Assembly (NCBI GenBank): GCA_000146045.2
Contig: BK006944.2
Location: 480,001-544,000 of the forward strand
DNA: 64,000 nt
Source of the DNA: TPA_inf: Saccharomyces
Lineage: Eukaryota
Reading direction: 5' to 3'
Both the position numbers and the translations under genes were made by a program. This document shows, piece by piece, positions 44,223 to 55,646 of this stretch. The notes under the pieces were generated by a model that made no database searches, had not been told where the DNA came from, and was given only the letters and a program-made list of their open reading frames with translations. Position 1 is the stretch's first letter; the number at the start of each line of letters is the position of its first letter.

Positions 44223-45074
44223 CTAATTGGTCGACACAGCCGCGGGCTTAGAATTGGTTTGGTCTTCTCTTGAGGCCTTTAGCTTCTCAATGGTGGCATT
44301 GCCCAAGTCCAACCCGGTGGATACAATGGCTTTAGGGACGCTTTCAGATTTACTTAGATTGTTTTCATAGACAGTGGTGAAGCGTTGGTAGGTTTCGTTA
44401 AGCTTAGTCTTTGTTGGGTCGATGTACACAGACTGCAACTTGTCAGTTGTGGGCTTCACTATGGCGTCGTACTTTTCTTTAGCCAGGTCCTTGGTTGGGT
44501 CGATATAGTTCGACTTGACCTTGGACTGGATCTCCTGCGACATACCTCTGGTCGTTGAAGACAACTCTGCCACGTGGGGCAAAGAAGAAGCATCAGTGAC
44601 CTTGTTCTCCTCACCGGAAGAGCCGATCTCCTTCGATGCGGTAGAACCTTGCAAGTGCAATGGCTTGATCAGGAACTCCCTCAACAGAGTATTAGAAATG
44701 TTGGCGACGTAGTCGACGAAGAACCACACCAGCCAGATCCCTGGCGTGTTGGAATGTGATTTCCAATTGTACAGCAAGCCGTCGACACCCTCCTTGAACA
44801 CCAAGAGGTTAACTAACTCGTCCAACTTGAAGGCCCCTTCCTTCCCAGCAGCAACAACTTGCTTCACCAGACGAGGAGAGCTGGACGATTCGGAAACCCA
44901 CTGGTTCACAGATCCCAAAACAACGAGGTTGAAGGAAATCAATCTCTCCACAGGTGGCAGAGATTCCGCATATTTAATAAACTTGGATAAAGCTGGGTAT
45001 CTTTGCAGATGCGACCAGGTTGCTTGTGGCAATTCCACAGATGGTTTAGAAGAAGAAATAGATGATTCAGACAT
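44223..45074 (-). CDS. PET10: Lipid droplet perilipin-like protein, 283 aa
   Basis: 283-aa ORF at the YKR046C position. No TM segments, hydrophilic. Confidence 0.65.
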
Positions 45075-45215
45075 AATTACGCTACGGTTCTGGAGAGTGA
45101 GTGATGGTTAATGATTACCGATACATTCCGTTATCTTTCCTTTTATAACCCTTGCTGCTATATTATTAAATCCGAAAGAATACGATCATCCCCCACGGCG
45201 GAGAAAATCTAGGCT

Positions 45216-45243
45216 ATTATTATCATTATTATTATTATTATTG
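45216..45243. repeat. (ATT)n microsatellite with one interruption
   Basis: attattatcattattattattattattg. Confidence 0.85.
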
Positions 45244-45386
45244 TCGTCTTAGTTACATGCGCTTTAACATATATTTCAGCTTACACACTTACATGTATAT
45301 ACATATATATATCTATATATGTATGTATACATATGTATATAAATATATGAATACGGTTATGACCACTCTTGCGAAGTGCGTTGGGA

Positions 45387-46640
45387 TTATGACTGCTTGC
45401 ATTCAGGAGCCTGTTCCGGCCTGCCAGCAAAATCGTCTTGCTCTTCGGCAGATTCCCCGTCGTCATCCTCCAAGCCGTGATCATCATCTTCTTCTTCGTC
45501 TTCGTCCTCGTCCGCTTCTTCTTCGTCCTCCTCGAACTCGAATTCCAAGGCTGCGCCGGTAAACCAGTCCACGGCTCTAGGAATTAGCTTGTCCTTAAGT
45601 TGTTCCCCGATGGAGTAGTCTAAAGCTAGACGTTCCTCGAGGTCTTCCTCCAACTCCTCGTCTTGGTCTTCGTTTTGGATCTTGGGAGGGTCGAAGAAGT
45701 TGAAAAAGGATTCTATGGGAGTGATCTTCTCGATGGTCCTCACCTGCTTGGTGGTCTTGTTTCTCTGCTTGCGCATTTCTAGGTCCACAGTGACGTTGTG
45801 GGCGTTGTCCTTCCAACTGATCTCGCAGCCTTCTGCGTGGTCGTAGATAAAGTCCCCGGAGTAACCGAGCTCCTTCTGGTAGAAGTAGGTCTTGCACAGA
45901 ATGTCGTTGGTGAAGAATGGGTTGGCGGAAGAATCAAATCTGAACAACAGCTTGAAACCGGGTCTACCATCCGTCAAGTATTCCAGACCAATATCTTGCA
46001 GGTACTCCAGAACTTCCGCATCGCGGTCAGTGATCGTGTCGCAAACGATGGGCAAGTTCTCTAATGCGGTTAGCCAGAATGAGGGAATTCCCTTCACCTG
46101 TTCCTCCTCGGAATCATTTTGGGCCTTCTCTTCTTCGTCCACCAACAACTCCGTCTCATTGAGTGACTCCACAATCTCTTGGCCCTTTGCGATCTGTTCC
46201 GGCTTGGGTTGCTCTTGTCCTGAAATGATCCTGGACCGCTGCTCCCAAATGGGCTTGTACTTCTGCAGAAACTTGTTCTCTAGCTCAAACATCTCCACCT
46301 GAAATTCCTTTTCAACTTCGAATAGCTCGCTTTGTAAAGTCTTCAAGCTCAGCAGCTTTTCCTTAACGTTCTTGGGAAGACCCCCCACATACCCGCTGTC
46401 CTGGCCCACCAGCGAGCCAAGTCTGTCCTGGATGGACTGTAACAACAGGGGTTGGTTAGCCAAGATGTCCTCCTCGTTGATGGTGCCGATCTTGTCATCC
46501 TGCTCCTGTGCCTGGGCCCTAACTGGGTTGCCGTTTTTCAAATAGCTCGGATTCAGAACCGATGCTGGGGTATTGTGAGGCGTAGGGGCGTTGTCGATTT
46601 GCATCGACGACTTGGGTTTCGTTCTGATAGGGTCTGACAT
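45387..46640 (-). CDS. NAP1: Nucleosome assembly protein / histone chaperone, 417 aa (start MSDPIRTKPK, 12 codons inside the track ORF)
   Basis: NAP domain. Acidic C-terminal tail EEDEEEADEDEDEEEDDD. N-terminus matches Nap1. The antisense 101-aa ORF is the dubious YKR047W. Confidence 0.9.
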   Translation of the reverse strand: MSDPIRTKPKSSMQIDNAPTPHNTPASVLNPSYLKNGNPVRAQAQEQDDKIGTINEEDILANQPLLLQSIQDRLGSLVGQDSGYVGGLPKNVKEKLLSLKTLQSELFEVEKEFQVEMFELENKFLQKYKPIWEQRSRIISGQEQPKPEQIAKGQEIVESLNETELLVDEEEKAQNDSEEEQVKGIPSFWLTALENLPIVCDTITDRDAEVLEYLQDIGLEYLTDGRPGFKLLFRFDSSANPFFTNDILCKTYFYQKELGYSGDFIYDHAEGCEISWKDNAHNVTVDLEMRKQRNKTTKQVRTIEKITPIESFFNFFDPPKIQNEDQDEELEEDLEERLALDYSIGEQLKDKLIPRAVDWFTGAALEFEFEEDEEEADEDEDEEEDDDHGLEDDDGESAEEQDDFAGRPEQAPECKQS

Positions 46641-46829
46641 GATCTTGCGCTTTGCTCTTGGTCCCACTGGGCTCACTAAATCCTCCTAATCTACCATCAA
46701 ACTGCCATTTTTGATCCCAAACGCTGCTATTTAAAAGGAAAAATTTTCCCAATTACGCGGGTAATACAAAAAAGATATAGCCCATTGTTATAAAAATATG
46801 TATGTGTTCAATATAGTGGTATATAGGTG

Positions 46830-47231
46830 TTATTTGCGCTGAATGATGTACTTGTCAATGTCTGCGGGCTCATTTCCCACCAACTTGTTTTCCCAGTCGA
46901 CCCAAAGCGCCTCCTTTGGATTCCAAAGTCCCCTCTGGACACACTTCTGCAGGTCCATCCCGAACGTCGGGTCTGTGTGCTTGTATTTGAGCACTGAATC
47001 CAGCTTTGGAATCTGCCTTTGCAACGAAACTGGGCCTTGCGGGCACGAAGTTCTCATGTATTGCAGCTGGTCCCACGTGGGAAAGCGGTTGGCGATTTCC
47101 ACGTCGAATCGATGAGAGACGTCTCCCTTCAGCAACTGCAGGCATTTCTGCGACTTGATATTGGACGCGATGTCATTGGTAAACAACGAGATGGTACGTG
47201 GCTGTCTCTGCAATGTTTTCCAAAACGACAT
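46830..47231 (-). CDS. FMP46: Putative mitochondrial redox protein, 133 aa
   Basis: 133-aa ORF at the YKR049C position. Confidence 0.55.
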   Translation of the reverse strand: MSFWKTLQRQPRTISLFTNDIASNIKSQKCLQLLKGDVSHRFDVEIANRFPTWDQLQYMRTSCPQGPVSLQRQIPKLDSVLKYKHTDPTFGMDLQKCVQRGLWNPKEALWVDWENKLVGNEPADIDKYIIQRK

Positions 47232-47814
47232 TTATTGCGTTTGCGTTTGCGATCTCCCGGTCTGTTATTTTCATTTGCACTTTTCTTAACGTTCTCTTTT
47301 GGTTTTATATGCCCCTTTCCAAGCTGGGTGGATACCCCGTCCATTGAGTGCCCGTGCCCAATCAAGCTAAAGCCAGACTAAAAAGAGGAAGAGTTCAAGA
47401 ACCATCAATGCCTCCAGCACAATTTCACAACAGCTTGACACTTTGGCAACGGTTATATCAGAGCATAGCGACGGGATTAGAGAGATGCAAGACGACGGAA
47501 GAAAGAAGGGAGTGCCCGGCATGCGCTGAAAGCGCCCTGTAGTACAAGCGTACCGCCGTTGAATAGGCCATGGTACATCACACGATGATTGATAATTTGA
47601 TGCAAGCTGCCATGCTCAGATGGTTGTTTCCCGTTTCTCTCTTTCACTTTTGATCTCCTGCGAAGAATAGGATGAGATGTGAATTTTCGTTTCTAATCCC
47701 CTCGGCCGTGCGGCTGAAAAAGAGAAATGATATTGGAATAACTAGGTTTCAGATGATGAGAAAAGAGGCTATTTTGTACTATTCACCGACGATAAGAGGC
47801 TGTAAGAACCACTC

Positions 47815-50484
47815 ATGCCAACAGCTAAGAGGACGTCATCCAGGGCTTCGTTGGCACTGCCCTTCCAGTTACGGTTGGTGCACAAGAAATCATGGGGCCA
47901 TCGGCTAAGAGACTTCATTTCCGGGTTCTTAAAATCATGCAGACCCATTGCTAAATACGTTTTCCCCAACTTCATCGTGGTGCACTATATCTACCTGATC
48001 ACGCTGTCGATTATCGGGTCCATTCTGTTATATCCGTGCAAGAACACGGCGTTCATCGATGTGCTATTTCTGGCTGCTGGAGCGTCTACACAGGGCGGGC
48101 TGGCCACCAAGAGCACTAACGATTTCAACCTGTACCAGCAGATAGTGGTGTACGTCATTACATTGCTGTCCACGCCTATACTTATTCATGGGTTTTTGGC
48201 CTTTGTCAGGCTGTATTGGTTTGAAAGGTACTTCGACAACATTAGGGATATCTCCAAACAGAATTTTAAACTAAGAAGGACCATGACGTTGCAACAAAGG
48301 GAACTATCGGGCAGCAGTGGCAATGCCGCTCGAAGTAGGAGTTTCAAGGACAACCTGTTCCGTGGGAAGTTTGTTTCCAGAGAAGACCCACGACAATCCG
48401 CTTCAGATGTGCCGATGGACTCTCCTGACACGTCCGCATTGTCCTCAATCTCACCGTTGAATGTTTCCTCCTCTAAGGAGGAATCCAGTGACACGCAAAG
48501 CTCGCCTCCAAACTTCTCAAGTAAGCGCCAACCCTCAGACGTTGACCCAAGAGACATTTACAAATCGATAATGATGCTACAAAAACAACAAGAGAAGAGC
48601 AACGCAAACTCCACGGATTCTTTTTCGAGCGAGACCAATGGACCCGCTTTCATTGTGCAGGAACGTCATGAGAGAAGAGCCCCCCACTGCTCACTGAAAC
48701 GCCATTCTGTCCTGCCATCTTCTCAGGAATTGAACAAGCTAGCCCAGACGAAAAGTTTCCAGAAATTGCTTGGCTTGCGGAGAGATGAAGGTGACCATGA
48801 CTACTTTGACGGTGCTCCTCACAAATATATGGTCACCAAGAAGAAAAAAATATCTAGAACGCAATCATGTAACATCCCAACGTATACTGCTTCACCGAGT
48901 CCTAAAACCTCAGGCCAAGTAGTTGAAAATCATAGAAACTTGGCCAAGTCGGCGCCTTCATCTTTTGTTGATGAGGAGATGAGCTTTTCACCGCAAGAGT
49001 CTTTGAATTTACAGTTCCAAGCGCACCCGCCCAAACCAAAACGACGTGAAGGTGATATAGGCCACCCCTTCACCAGAACAATGAGCACCAACTATCTATC
49101 GTGGCAGCCAACCTTTGGCAGAAACTCCGTCTTCATTGGACTCACAAAGCAACAAAAGGAGGAACTCGGCGGTGTCGAATATCGTGCTTTGAGATTGCTG
49201 TGCTGCATTCTCATGGTATACTACATCGGATTCAACATTTTGGCGTTTGTGACCATCGTTCCATGGGCCTGTACGAGGCACCACTACTCAGAGATTATTA
49301 GACGAAATGGAGTTTCTCCAACCTGGTGGGGGTTTTTCACTGCAATGAGTGCATTCAGCAACTTGGGTCTGTCTTTGACCGCTGATTCAATGGTTTCCTT
49401 TGATACTGCGCCGTATCCGCTGATTTTCATGATGTTCTTCATCATCATAGGCAATACAGGCTTCCCAATTATGTTACGATTTATCATTTGGATCATGTTC
49501 AAGACCTCGAGAGACCTATCTCAGTTTAAGGAAAGTCTTGGGTTTCTCTTGGATCATCCGCGCAGGTGTTTTACGTTGCTGTTCCCCAGCGGCCCCACAT
49601 GGTGGCTGTTTACAACTTTAGTCGTCTTAAACGCTACGGATTGGATTCTTTTCATAATTCTGGATTTCAACTCCGCTGTAGTAAGGCAGGTTGCTAAAGG
49701 TTATCGAGCTCTCATGGGCCTCTTCCAGTCTGTATGCACAAGAACTGCTGGATTCAACGTTGTTGACTTAAGTAAATTACACCCGTCCATTCAGGTGTCT
49801 TATATGCTAATGATGTACGTTTCGGTCCTGCCGCTGGCGATTTCCATTAGAAGAACGAATGTTTATGAGGAGCAATCGTTGGGACTATACGATAGTGGAC
49901 AAGATGACGAAAATATCACCCACGAAGACGATATAAAGGAAACAGACCATGATGGCGAATCCGAAGAGCGAGACACTGTATCTACAAAGTCCAAGCCGAA
50001 GAAACAGTCCCCAAAATCGTTTGTTGGTGCTCATTTGAGGAGGCAACTCTCTTTTGATTTATGGTACCTATTCCTTGGATTATTTATAATATGCATATGC
50101 GAGGGCAGAAAAATCGAAGACGTTAATAAACCTGATTTCAATGTCTTTGCTATATTGTTTGAAGTTGTTAGCGCTTATGGTACAGTGGGTTTGTCATTGG
50201 GTTACCCAAACACCAACACATCACTATCTGCCCAGTTCACCGTATTATCGAAGCTAGTCATAATTGCCATGCTAATAAGAGGAAGAAATAGAGGTTTACC
50301 ATACACTTTGGATCGTGCCATCATGCTGCCAAGTGACAAACTGGAACAAATTGATCGTTTACAAGATATGAAAGCTAAGGGTAAGTTGTTAGCCAAAGTT
50401 GGTGAGGATCCAATGACTACTTACGTCAAAAAGAGATCCCACAAACTGAAAAAAATAGCAACAAAGTTTTGGGGGAAGCATTAA
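47815..50484 (+). CDS. TRK2: Low-affinity K+ transporter, Trk/Ktr/HKT family, 889 aa
   Basis: TrkH-family membrane core with four pore-loop MPM motifs. Long hydrophilic loop after the first MPM. 889 aa. Confidence 0.9.
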   Translation: MPTAKRTSSRASLALPFQLRLVHKKSWGHRLRDFISGFLKSCRPIAKYVFPNFIVVHYIYLITLSIIGSILLYPCKNTAFIDVLFLAAGASTQGGLATKSTNDFNLYQQIVVYVITLLSTPILIHGFLAFVRLYWFERYFDNIRDISKQNFKLRRTMTLQQRELSGSSGNAARSRSFKDNLFRGKFVSREDPRQSASDVPMDSPDTSALSSISPLNVSSSKEESSDTQSSPPNFSSKRQPSDVDPRDIYKSIMMLQKQQEKSNANSTDSFSSETNGPAFIVQERHERRAPHCSLKRHSVLPSSQELNKLAQTKSFQKLLGLRRDEGDHDYFDGAPHKYMVTKKKKISRTQSCNIPTYTASPSPKTSGQVVENHRNLAKSAPSSFVDEEMSFSPQESLNLQFQAHPPKPKRREGDIGHPFTRTMSTNYLSWQPTFGRNSVFIGLTKQQKEELGGVEYRALRLLCCILMVYYIGFNILAFVTIVPWACTRHHYSEIIRRNGVSPTWWGFFTAMSAFSNLGLSLTADSMVSFDTAPYPLIFMMFFIIIGNTGFPIMLRFIIWIMFKTSRDLSQFKESLGFLLDHPRRCFTLLFPSGPTWWLFTTLVVLNATDWILFIILDFNSAVVRQVAKGYRALMGLFQSVCTRTAGFNVVDLSKLHPSIQVSYMLMMYVSVLPLAISIRRTNVYEEQSLGLYDSGQDDENITHEDDIKETDHDGESEERDTVSTKSKPKKQSPKSFVGAHLRRQLSFDLWYLFLGLFIICICEGRKIEDVNKPDFNVFAILFEVVSAYGTVGLSLGYPNTNTSLSAQFTVLSKLVIIAMLIRGRNRGLPYTLDRAIMLPSDKLEQIDRLQDMKAKGKLLAKVGEDPMTTYVKKRSHKLKKIATKFWGKH

Positions 50485-50805
50485 AATCAAGTTTACCCCT
50501 CTTTACCTACATAAGAGCCAACGTAATTTTCTCTCAGTATTATATGTATTATCTCCGAAGTTTATTATTCTTTAACGAAATATAAAAGAAAAATAAGAAA
50601 GATTAAGACCCTAAAAGGTGTACCACTACGATTCAACAAGCACAACGAATCCTATCCGTAATATACTTTTGATTTCTGACTATTCTAGAAAAATTTTAGT
50701 TCATTTTTTTTCCCTCTTTTTACTTATTGTATTTTTCACAATTGAATTGCATTTTGTCCCCTACGAAAAAAGGCAGAAAACGAGATCTAAACCACTTTCA
50801 GATCA

Positions 50806-50826
50806 GAATAATAATAATAATAATAA
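50806..50826. repeat. (AAT)7 microsatellite in the YKR051W upstream region
   Basis: aataataataataataataac. Confidence 0.85.
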
Positions 50827-50945
50827 CCAACCAAAGCCATCAACAGGTCCACTAGAAGCATCTGCCAAGTTACGACCTAAGCAAAGGTTTGAGTGAAAAG
50901 TGAATTGCGACAGTACAATCACAAAAGTATAGAAACATAATTGTT

Positions 50946-52202
50946 ATGGAAAACAAACTACTTTGTTGGTGGTTGTACTGGCCATGCGTGTATTCATCTA
51001 TTATAGCTACCATAATATCTTTTTACACCATAACTAGACACTTATTAAATTACCGTAAACCATATGAACAAAGACTATCCATACGGATACTATTGCTCGT
51101 GCCCATTTTTAGTGTGTCATGCGCAAGTGGCATAATTAAGCCTGAAGCAGCTCAATTTTATGTCGATCCTATCAGAGAATTTTATGAAGCATTCGTTATT
51201 TACACTTTTTTCACATTTTTAACACTACTACTAGGAGGCGAGAGGAACATCATTACTGTTTTAAGCTTAAATCACGCCCCCACAAGACATCCGATACCGC
51301 TAATAGGTAAAATTTGCAAACCGATAGACTTATCTGATCCTTTTGATTTTCTTTTTGTCAAAAAAGGCATATTACAGTATGTTTGGTTCAAACCATTTTA
51401 TTGTTTTGGTACATTGATATGCAGTGCATGGAAGCTACCCAAATTCGAAATATTTTTGAACGTTTTTTATAATATTTCAGTGACTTGGTCACTGTATAGT
51501 TTAGCACTATTTTGGAAGTGTCTCTATCCGGAATTAACTCCTTATAAACCATGGTTGAAATTTTTATGTGTCAAATTGATTATTTTTGCCTCTTATTGGC
51601 AGAGCATCATAATCCAGGGTCTAGTGGTTACTGGAAAGTTGGGTACGGGAAACCAAGATCGAACCTCTGGATATGTGTACAAGAATGGGCTCCTGTGTAT
51701 AGAGATGGTGCCTTTCGCCATCTTGCATGCAGTAGCTTTCCCTTGGAACAAATACACAGCATTTAGCATACCTTATGGGGCCAGGATGAAATTCATTTAC
51801 GCTTTGAAAGATTTTCTTGGTTGCGGTGATCTAATATGGGATTTTAAACAGACTTTGTTTGCTGGTCCCTTGTACTATAATTATAGGAACTTCGATCCTG
51901 AAGCCATGGATCTATTAAGCACTAGACAACAATCCGGTGCGACTATGGAAAGACTAAAGCATGGGCTAAGATTTACTGATAATGGAAGAAATAGTTATTG
52001 GGTGGCATATGGGAGTATAGATAACAACCTTGTTCCGGAATCAATAGAGGAATCATGGGAAGATGATATTGCTGGTCAGAGAACTTTTCCTGAGGATCCA
52101 AATTATCCGGTTGTTCACGACTACACGATGGGCCATCGATATAGTAGATCAATGAATGATTTAAGAAGAGATGTTCAAAGTAGGTCATCAATGGCTTGTT
52201 AA
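50946..52202 (+). CDS. YKR051W: Putative multi-pass membrane protein of the TMEM184/DUF300 family, 418 aa
   Basis: Seven predicted TM helices, then a hydrophilic C-terminus. Position YKR051W. Confidence 0.6.
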   Translation: MENKLLCWWLYWPCVYSSIIATIISFYTITRHLLNYRKPYEQRLSIRILLLVPIFSVSCASGIIKPEAAQFYVDPIREFYEAFVIYTFFTFLTLLLGGERNIITVLSLNHAPTRHPIPLIGKICKPIDLSDPFDFLFVKKGILQYVWFKPFYCFGTLICSAWKLPKFEIFLNVFYNISVTWSLYSLALFWKCLYPELTPYKPWLKFLCVKLIIFASYWQSIIIQGLVVTGKLGTGNQDRTSGYVYKNGLLCIEMVPFAILHAVAFPWNKYTAFSIPYGARMKFIYALKDFLGCGDLIWDFKQTLFAGPLYYNYRNFDPEAMDLLSTRQQSGATMERLKHGLRFTDNGRNSYWVAYGSIDNNLVPESIEESWEDDIAGQRTFPEDPNYPVVHDYTMGHRYSRSMNDLRRDVQSRSSMAC

Positions 52203-52549
52203 ATGAGTCGTTAAATGTACGTATATACATAGTTACTGCGCTTTCGGTTATATACAAAATAAAACAACATCTACAAGCAATGCTTTTTTTTCAATTATTG
52301 TAACTTGGATGCTTATTCTAATAAAATGAAATAAATGCTACTGTAATTTTTTGCCGGAGGATTGGCTATATATGCAGAGTGGGAGTTGGACGATATCACC
52401 ATTATTATTATTTTTCTATTATTACCATTGGACTTGTCTTTTGCAGCAACAAAAGTGGCAGCAGCAGCAACAGCACCACCACCAATGCATTTTGGCCTTG
52501 CCTTTTATAAGTTGTCAAAAAAAGTTGACCTCGAAAAGGGGAAAAAACA

Positions 52550-53464
52550 TCAATTTTTCATTAAAAAATGCTTAGCACATTCATATGCAGTCCAAGAAAT
52601 GGCAGTGGCTGGTATATTAGCCACTATCCTTGGTTTCAAACCTCGCCAAAACCCCTTCCAACCATGAACCTCCAGTATGGCTCTTGAGGCTCTACCAAAA
52701 GTGTTCGCATCCTTCATTATTTCGATGGAGACAGTTTCGCTGCCTCTAACCTGTAATACAGTCTTTATGCAATCCAACGGTGTAGTTAACGCAGCACATG
52801 TTGCACCACTTATCCCACCGCAAAGACAATGAATCAATGGATTGTAGGAATTTTGTGGGTTGAAGAATTTGCTGGCAGATTCATATATCATGAAATTGAA
52901 CGCTGCAAATGGGATATTCATGGCCAATGTTGTGGGATAGGAGTAGTAAAATGCTGCAAAGCCTTCATTTTGATATATTTGCTTAGTAACATTCCAAACT
53001 CTTAGATTAGTATCCAATTGTAGTCTTTGTTTAACGGTGTCAAAGGGGTTCATCAATGCATCCGCAGCAATGGTAGCAATGGTACCACTCAGTGCGGTCT
53101 TCATTGGTTGATGAGTTTGCATATCTTCAGGGCTTATCAGGCGAGCTTTGCAAAACTCGTATGTACCAAAATATACTGCATGCGCAGGCCCTGCCCCCAG
53201 TATTACCGATTGAACACCCTTCCATAAAGCCATCGAACCTTCCATTGTAGATATTTTGGATATCTGAGATATCATCCCTGTAGAGGCAGCTTTATTCAAT
53301 CCTGCAGCCTGCACTCGGGTTTTCAGAGCATCTATTGGAAACATCAAAGAATGCTCCATTATACCTGCAAATGCTCCTGCCAGTAACTGGGAATGTAGCG
53401 GAGCATGTGATGGAAGAGCTTCGTAGTCGATTTCCTCAGCTATTGACAGTTCTGAAGTATTCAT
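52550..53464 (-). CDS. MRS4: Mitochondrial carrier family iron transporter (mitoferrin), 304 aa
   Basis: Three mitochondrial-carrier repeats carrying PxD/ExxK signature motifs (PIDALKTRVQ, PFDTVKQRLQ, PLDCIKTVLQ). Confidence 0.9.
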   Translation of the reverse strand: MNTSELSIAEEIDYEALPSHAPLHSQLLAGAFAGIMEHSLMFPIDALKTRVQAAGLNKAASTGMISQISKISTMEGSMALWKGVQSVILGAGPAHAVYFGTYEFCKARLISPEDMQTHQPMKTALSGTIATIAADALMNPFDTVKQRLQLDTNLRVWNVTKQIYQNEGFAAFYYSYPTTLAMNIPFAAFNFMIYESASKFFNPQNSYNPLIHCLCGGISGATCAALTTPLDCIKTVLQVRGSETVSIEIMKDANTFGRASRAILEVHGWKGFWRGLKPRIVANIPATAISWTAYECAKHFLMKN

Positions 53465-54066
53465 AATATTAACTGATATTTCGGTTGAGTTTTTTACTTC
53501 TTCACTTTGTACTTCTCACGAAAGTCTTCGTCAATAAACCTCTGATAAAGTGAAAATTCTATGAGATTCCAATAAAACCTCCAAATATCTTTATATACAG
53601 CTTACTACTTAGATAAGATGACGTTCGCCAATGGTAGGCAAAAGATAGCAGGGTGTTCTTGCCTTTCAGTCTTCGCCATGCTCTCATTCAAGAAAGGGTG
53701 CCAAAATACCGAAAAGAGACACGATCGGGGGTGTCAAAGTAGCGATTCCTGTGGGTTAAAAGAGGGTGAACCACGGCAAACATGCATGTGTAAAACCCAA
53801 AACGCCGATCTAGGGCCTGCGACGCATGGTACGAACATCCTGAAGGTATATAAAAGAGCTAAAGTCTTGACTCATGCCTGAAATCTTGATTTTTCATTGT
53901 TATATCCTCTCTATACATTAGTAAGCACCATAGATGGGCTGGCTATCAAAAGCGAGAAAAAAAAAATGCTGAATTCCAAATATGTACTCATCGGGGTGAA
54001 TTTCAATGATGTGTTATGTAGATACAATATATATGTATAAGTCACTAAATGCATACATACGAGAGT

Positions 54067-55281
54067 CTACCTTAAGTTTGTCCAAGTGAAAAAAACTGGG
54101 CATAGCAAAAAGACGGTTGTAGGTATACCTGCGTATATGAGAAACCTTCCGACGATTTCCACTTTGGAAACACCGCTGTACAATAAACACTCTTCTTCTT
54201 CACTTGTCTCGTTATGGAAATGAACCTTTTCGCTTCTATCATCGTGAAATCTGAGTAGTTTAATTAACAGCGTGTAGACAGCTGTCTTGCTAATGACGTC
54301 TTTCCAAACAATCACAGAAGCGACACCTACCAGAGGCCTCAAGAACACCTTAGAACCACATGATGCGTACCTACTACATACAAGGTTCCATCCGTATCTT
54401 TCGGTTAACCAGTCGCTGCAATCCAGCCCACTGACTACGCCAATGAACGCTACGCTATCTTCGAAACAAGGACATTCATCAATGGGCCTGACGTGGTTAA
54501 ACAGAATAAACAAGCCCCATGCTACACTCAAAAGGGGAAACCAGAGATGTTCACCAATCTGGAAATTTCGTAAAGCATGCACCACCCAGATTCTTATAAA
54601 AAAACAGATAGCTCCAACTGCGGCGCCGCTAAATAAATCCAGCATACCATGCATACCGCAGTAAACTCTACCAAAAACCAGGGTTAAGTAGTAAAATATC
54701 ACCAGACTCAGTAAAAGAAGCTTTGTTGGCCATACCAGTGTGTCAGATAAACATATTCTCCAAAAGAATAATAGACTTACCGCAGTAGCGTTAGCAGAAT
54801 GTGAACTGGGTGCACCATATTCTTTCGTAGTGTATTCACTTAGTGTGATTCTGTCAACTGGCGGTGATTTTGGCCTTGGTAGGCACCAATAATCCTTTAA
54901 GTAGCCACTCAAATAAATTGAATAACCAAGAACGTAGATCATGTCCCGTGTTAAATCGCGGTATCCAAGCCACACAGGCATGGGAAGCACGATAACATAA
55001 AACATGTGGGAACCCATAAGCGAAGTGTATTTGAAATAAACGTCTCTAAAAGGCGTTCTGTGCTTTTTTTGTAAAGAATGTACGAAATCTGATTGGTTGT
55101 CTGTGAATCTAGTTAGATACTGCCTTGTTTGAAACCTTAGCCACGACATCTGGCTCTCAAAATGCTCCGCTGGATGATTACCGGGATCTGCCAATAGGTG
55201 TTTGCCGCCGGAAGGAGCCATCTGAACCTTAATGGTGTCCTCGGTAACACCCAATTCAGTAACCGTCTGAATAATGGTCAT
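54067..55281 (-). CDS. YSR3: Dihydrosphingosine-1-phosphate phosphatase (PAP2 / lipid phosphate phosphatase family), 404 aa
   Basis: PAP2 motifs (KDYWCLPRP ... SSHS ... SRxxxxxHxxxD-like). Multi-TM. Position YKR053C. Confidence 0.75.
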   Translation of the reverse strand: MTIIQTVTELGVTEDTIKVQMAPSGGKHLLADPGNHPAEHFESQMSWLRFQTRQYLTRFTDNQSDFVHSLQKKHRTPFRDVYFKYTSLMGSHMFYVIVLPMPVWLGYRDLTRDMIYVLGYSIYLSGYLKDYWCLPRPKSPPVDRITLSEYTTKEYGAPSSHSANATAVSLLFFWRICLSDTLVWPTKLLLLSLVIFYYLTLVFGRVYCGMHGMLDLFSGAAVGAICFFIRIWVVHALRNFQIGEHLWFPLLSVAWGLFILFNHVRPIDECPCFEDSVAFIGVVSGLDCSDWLTERYGWNLVCSRYASCGSKVFLRPLVGVASVIVWKDVISKTAVYTLLIKLLRFHDDRSEKVHFHNETSEEEECLLYSGVSKVEIVGRFLIYAGIPTTVFLLCPVFFTWTNLR

Positions 55282-55646
55282 AATTAAATTCTTTTACAGG
55301 CTTGCTATTTTGTATATTTTTTTGAAGACTACCACTGCCTAACTTCTTTTTGTCATGTTATCAATTCAACTAGATGTTGAGAAGGAAGCCAAGGCAAGGC
55401 TGATAAAAACTAAGAAAATAAGGAAAAATCATTATGTTATATAACATGAATTCTAGACGTACGTGCTCGTAGTTAGGAAGTATCTAAATAAGAGTCCCCA
55501 CGTTACTTTAATTAGAAGCACGCCATCTTCCTACAACCGATTTTTTTGGATTGTAGATATCAGAGTCTCATCAAACAAGAGGAACCCAGAATAGGCACGT
55601 CCACTGAGAAAACCGCGGACAAGCAAGACACGCGTACCTGAAAAGG

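Noticed and set aside
45257-45562. 101-aa ORF (YKR047W-like) antisense to the 3' end of NAP1, Pro/Arg/Leu-rich
   Set aside because: The reverse-complement artefact of the GAA/GAC-rich acidic tail of NAP1. No independent support.
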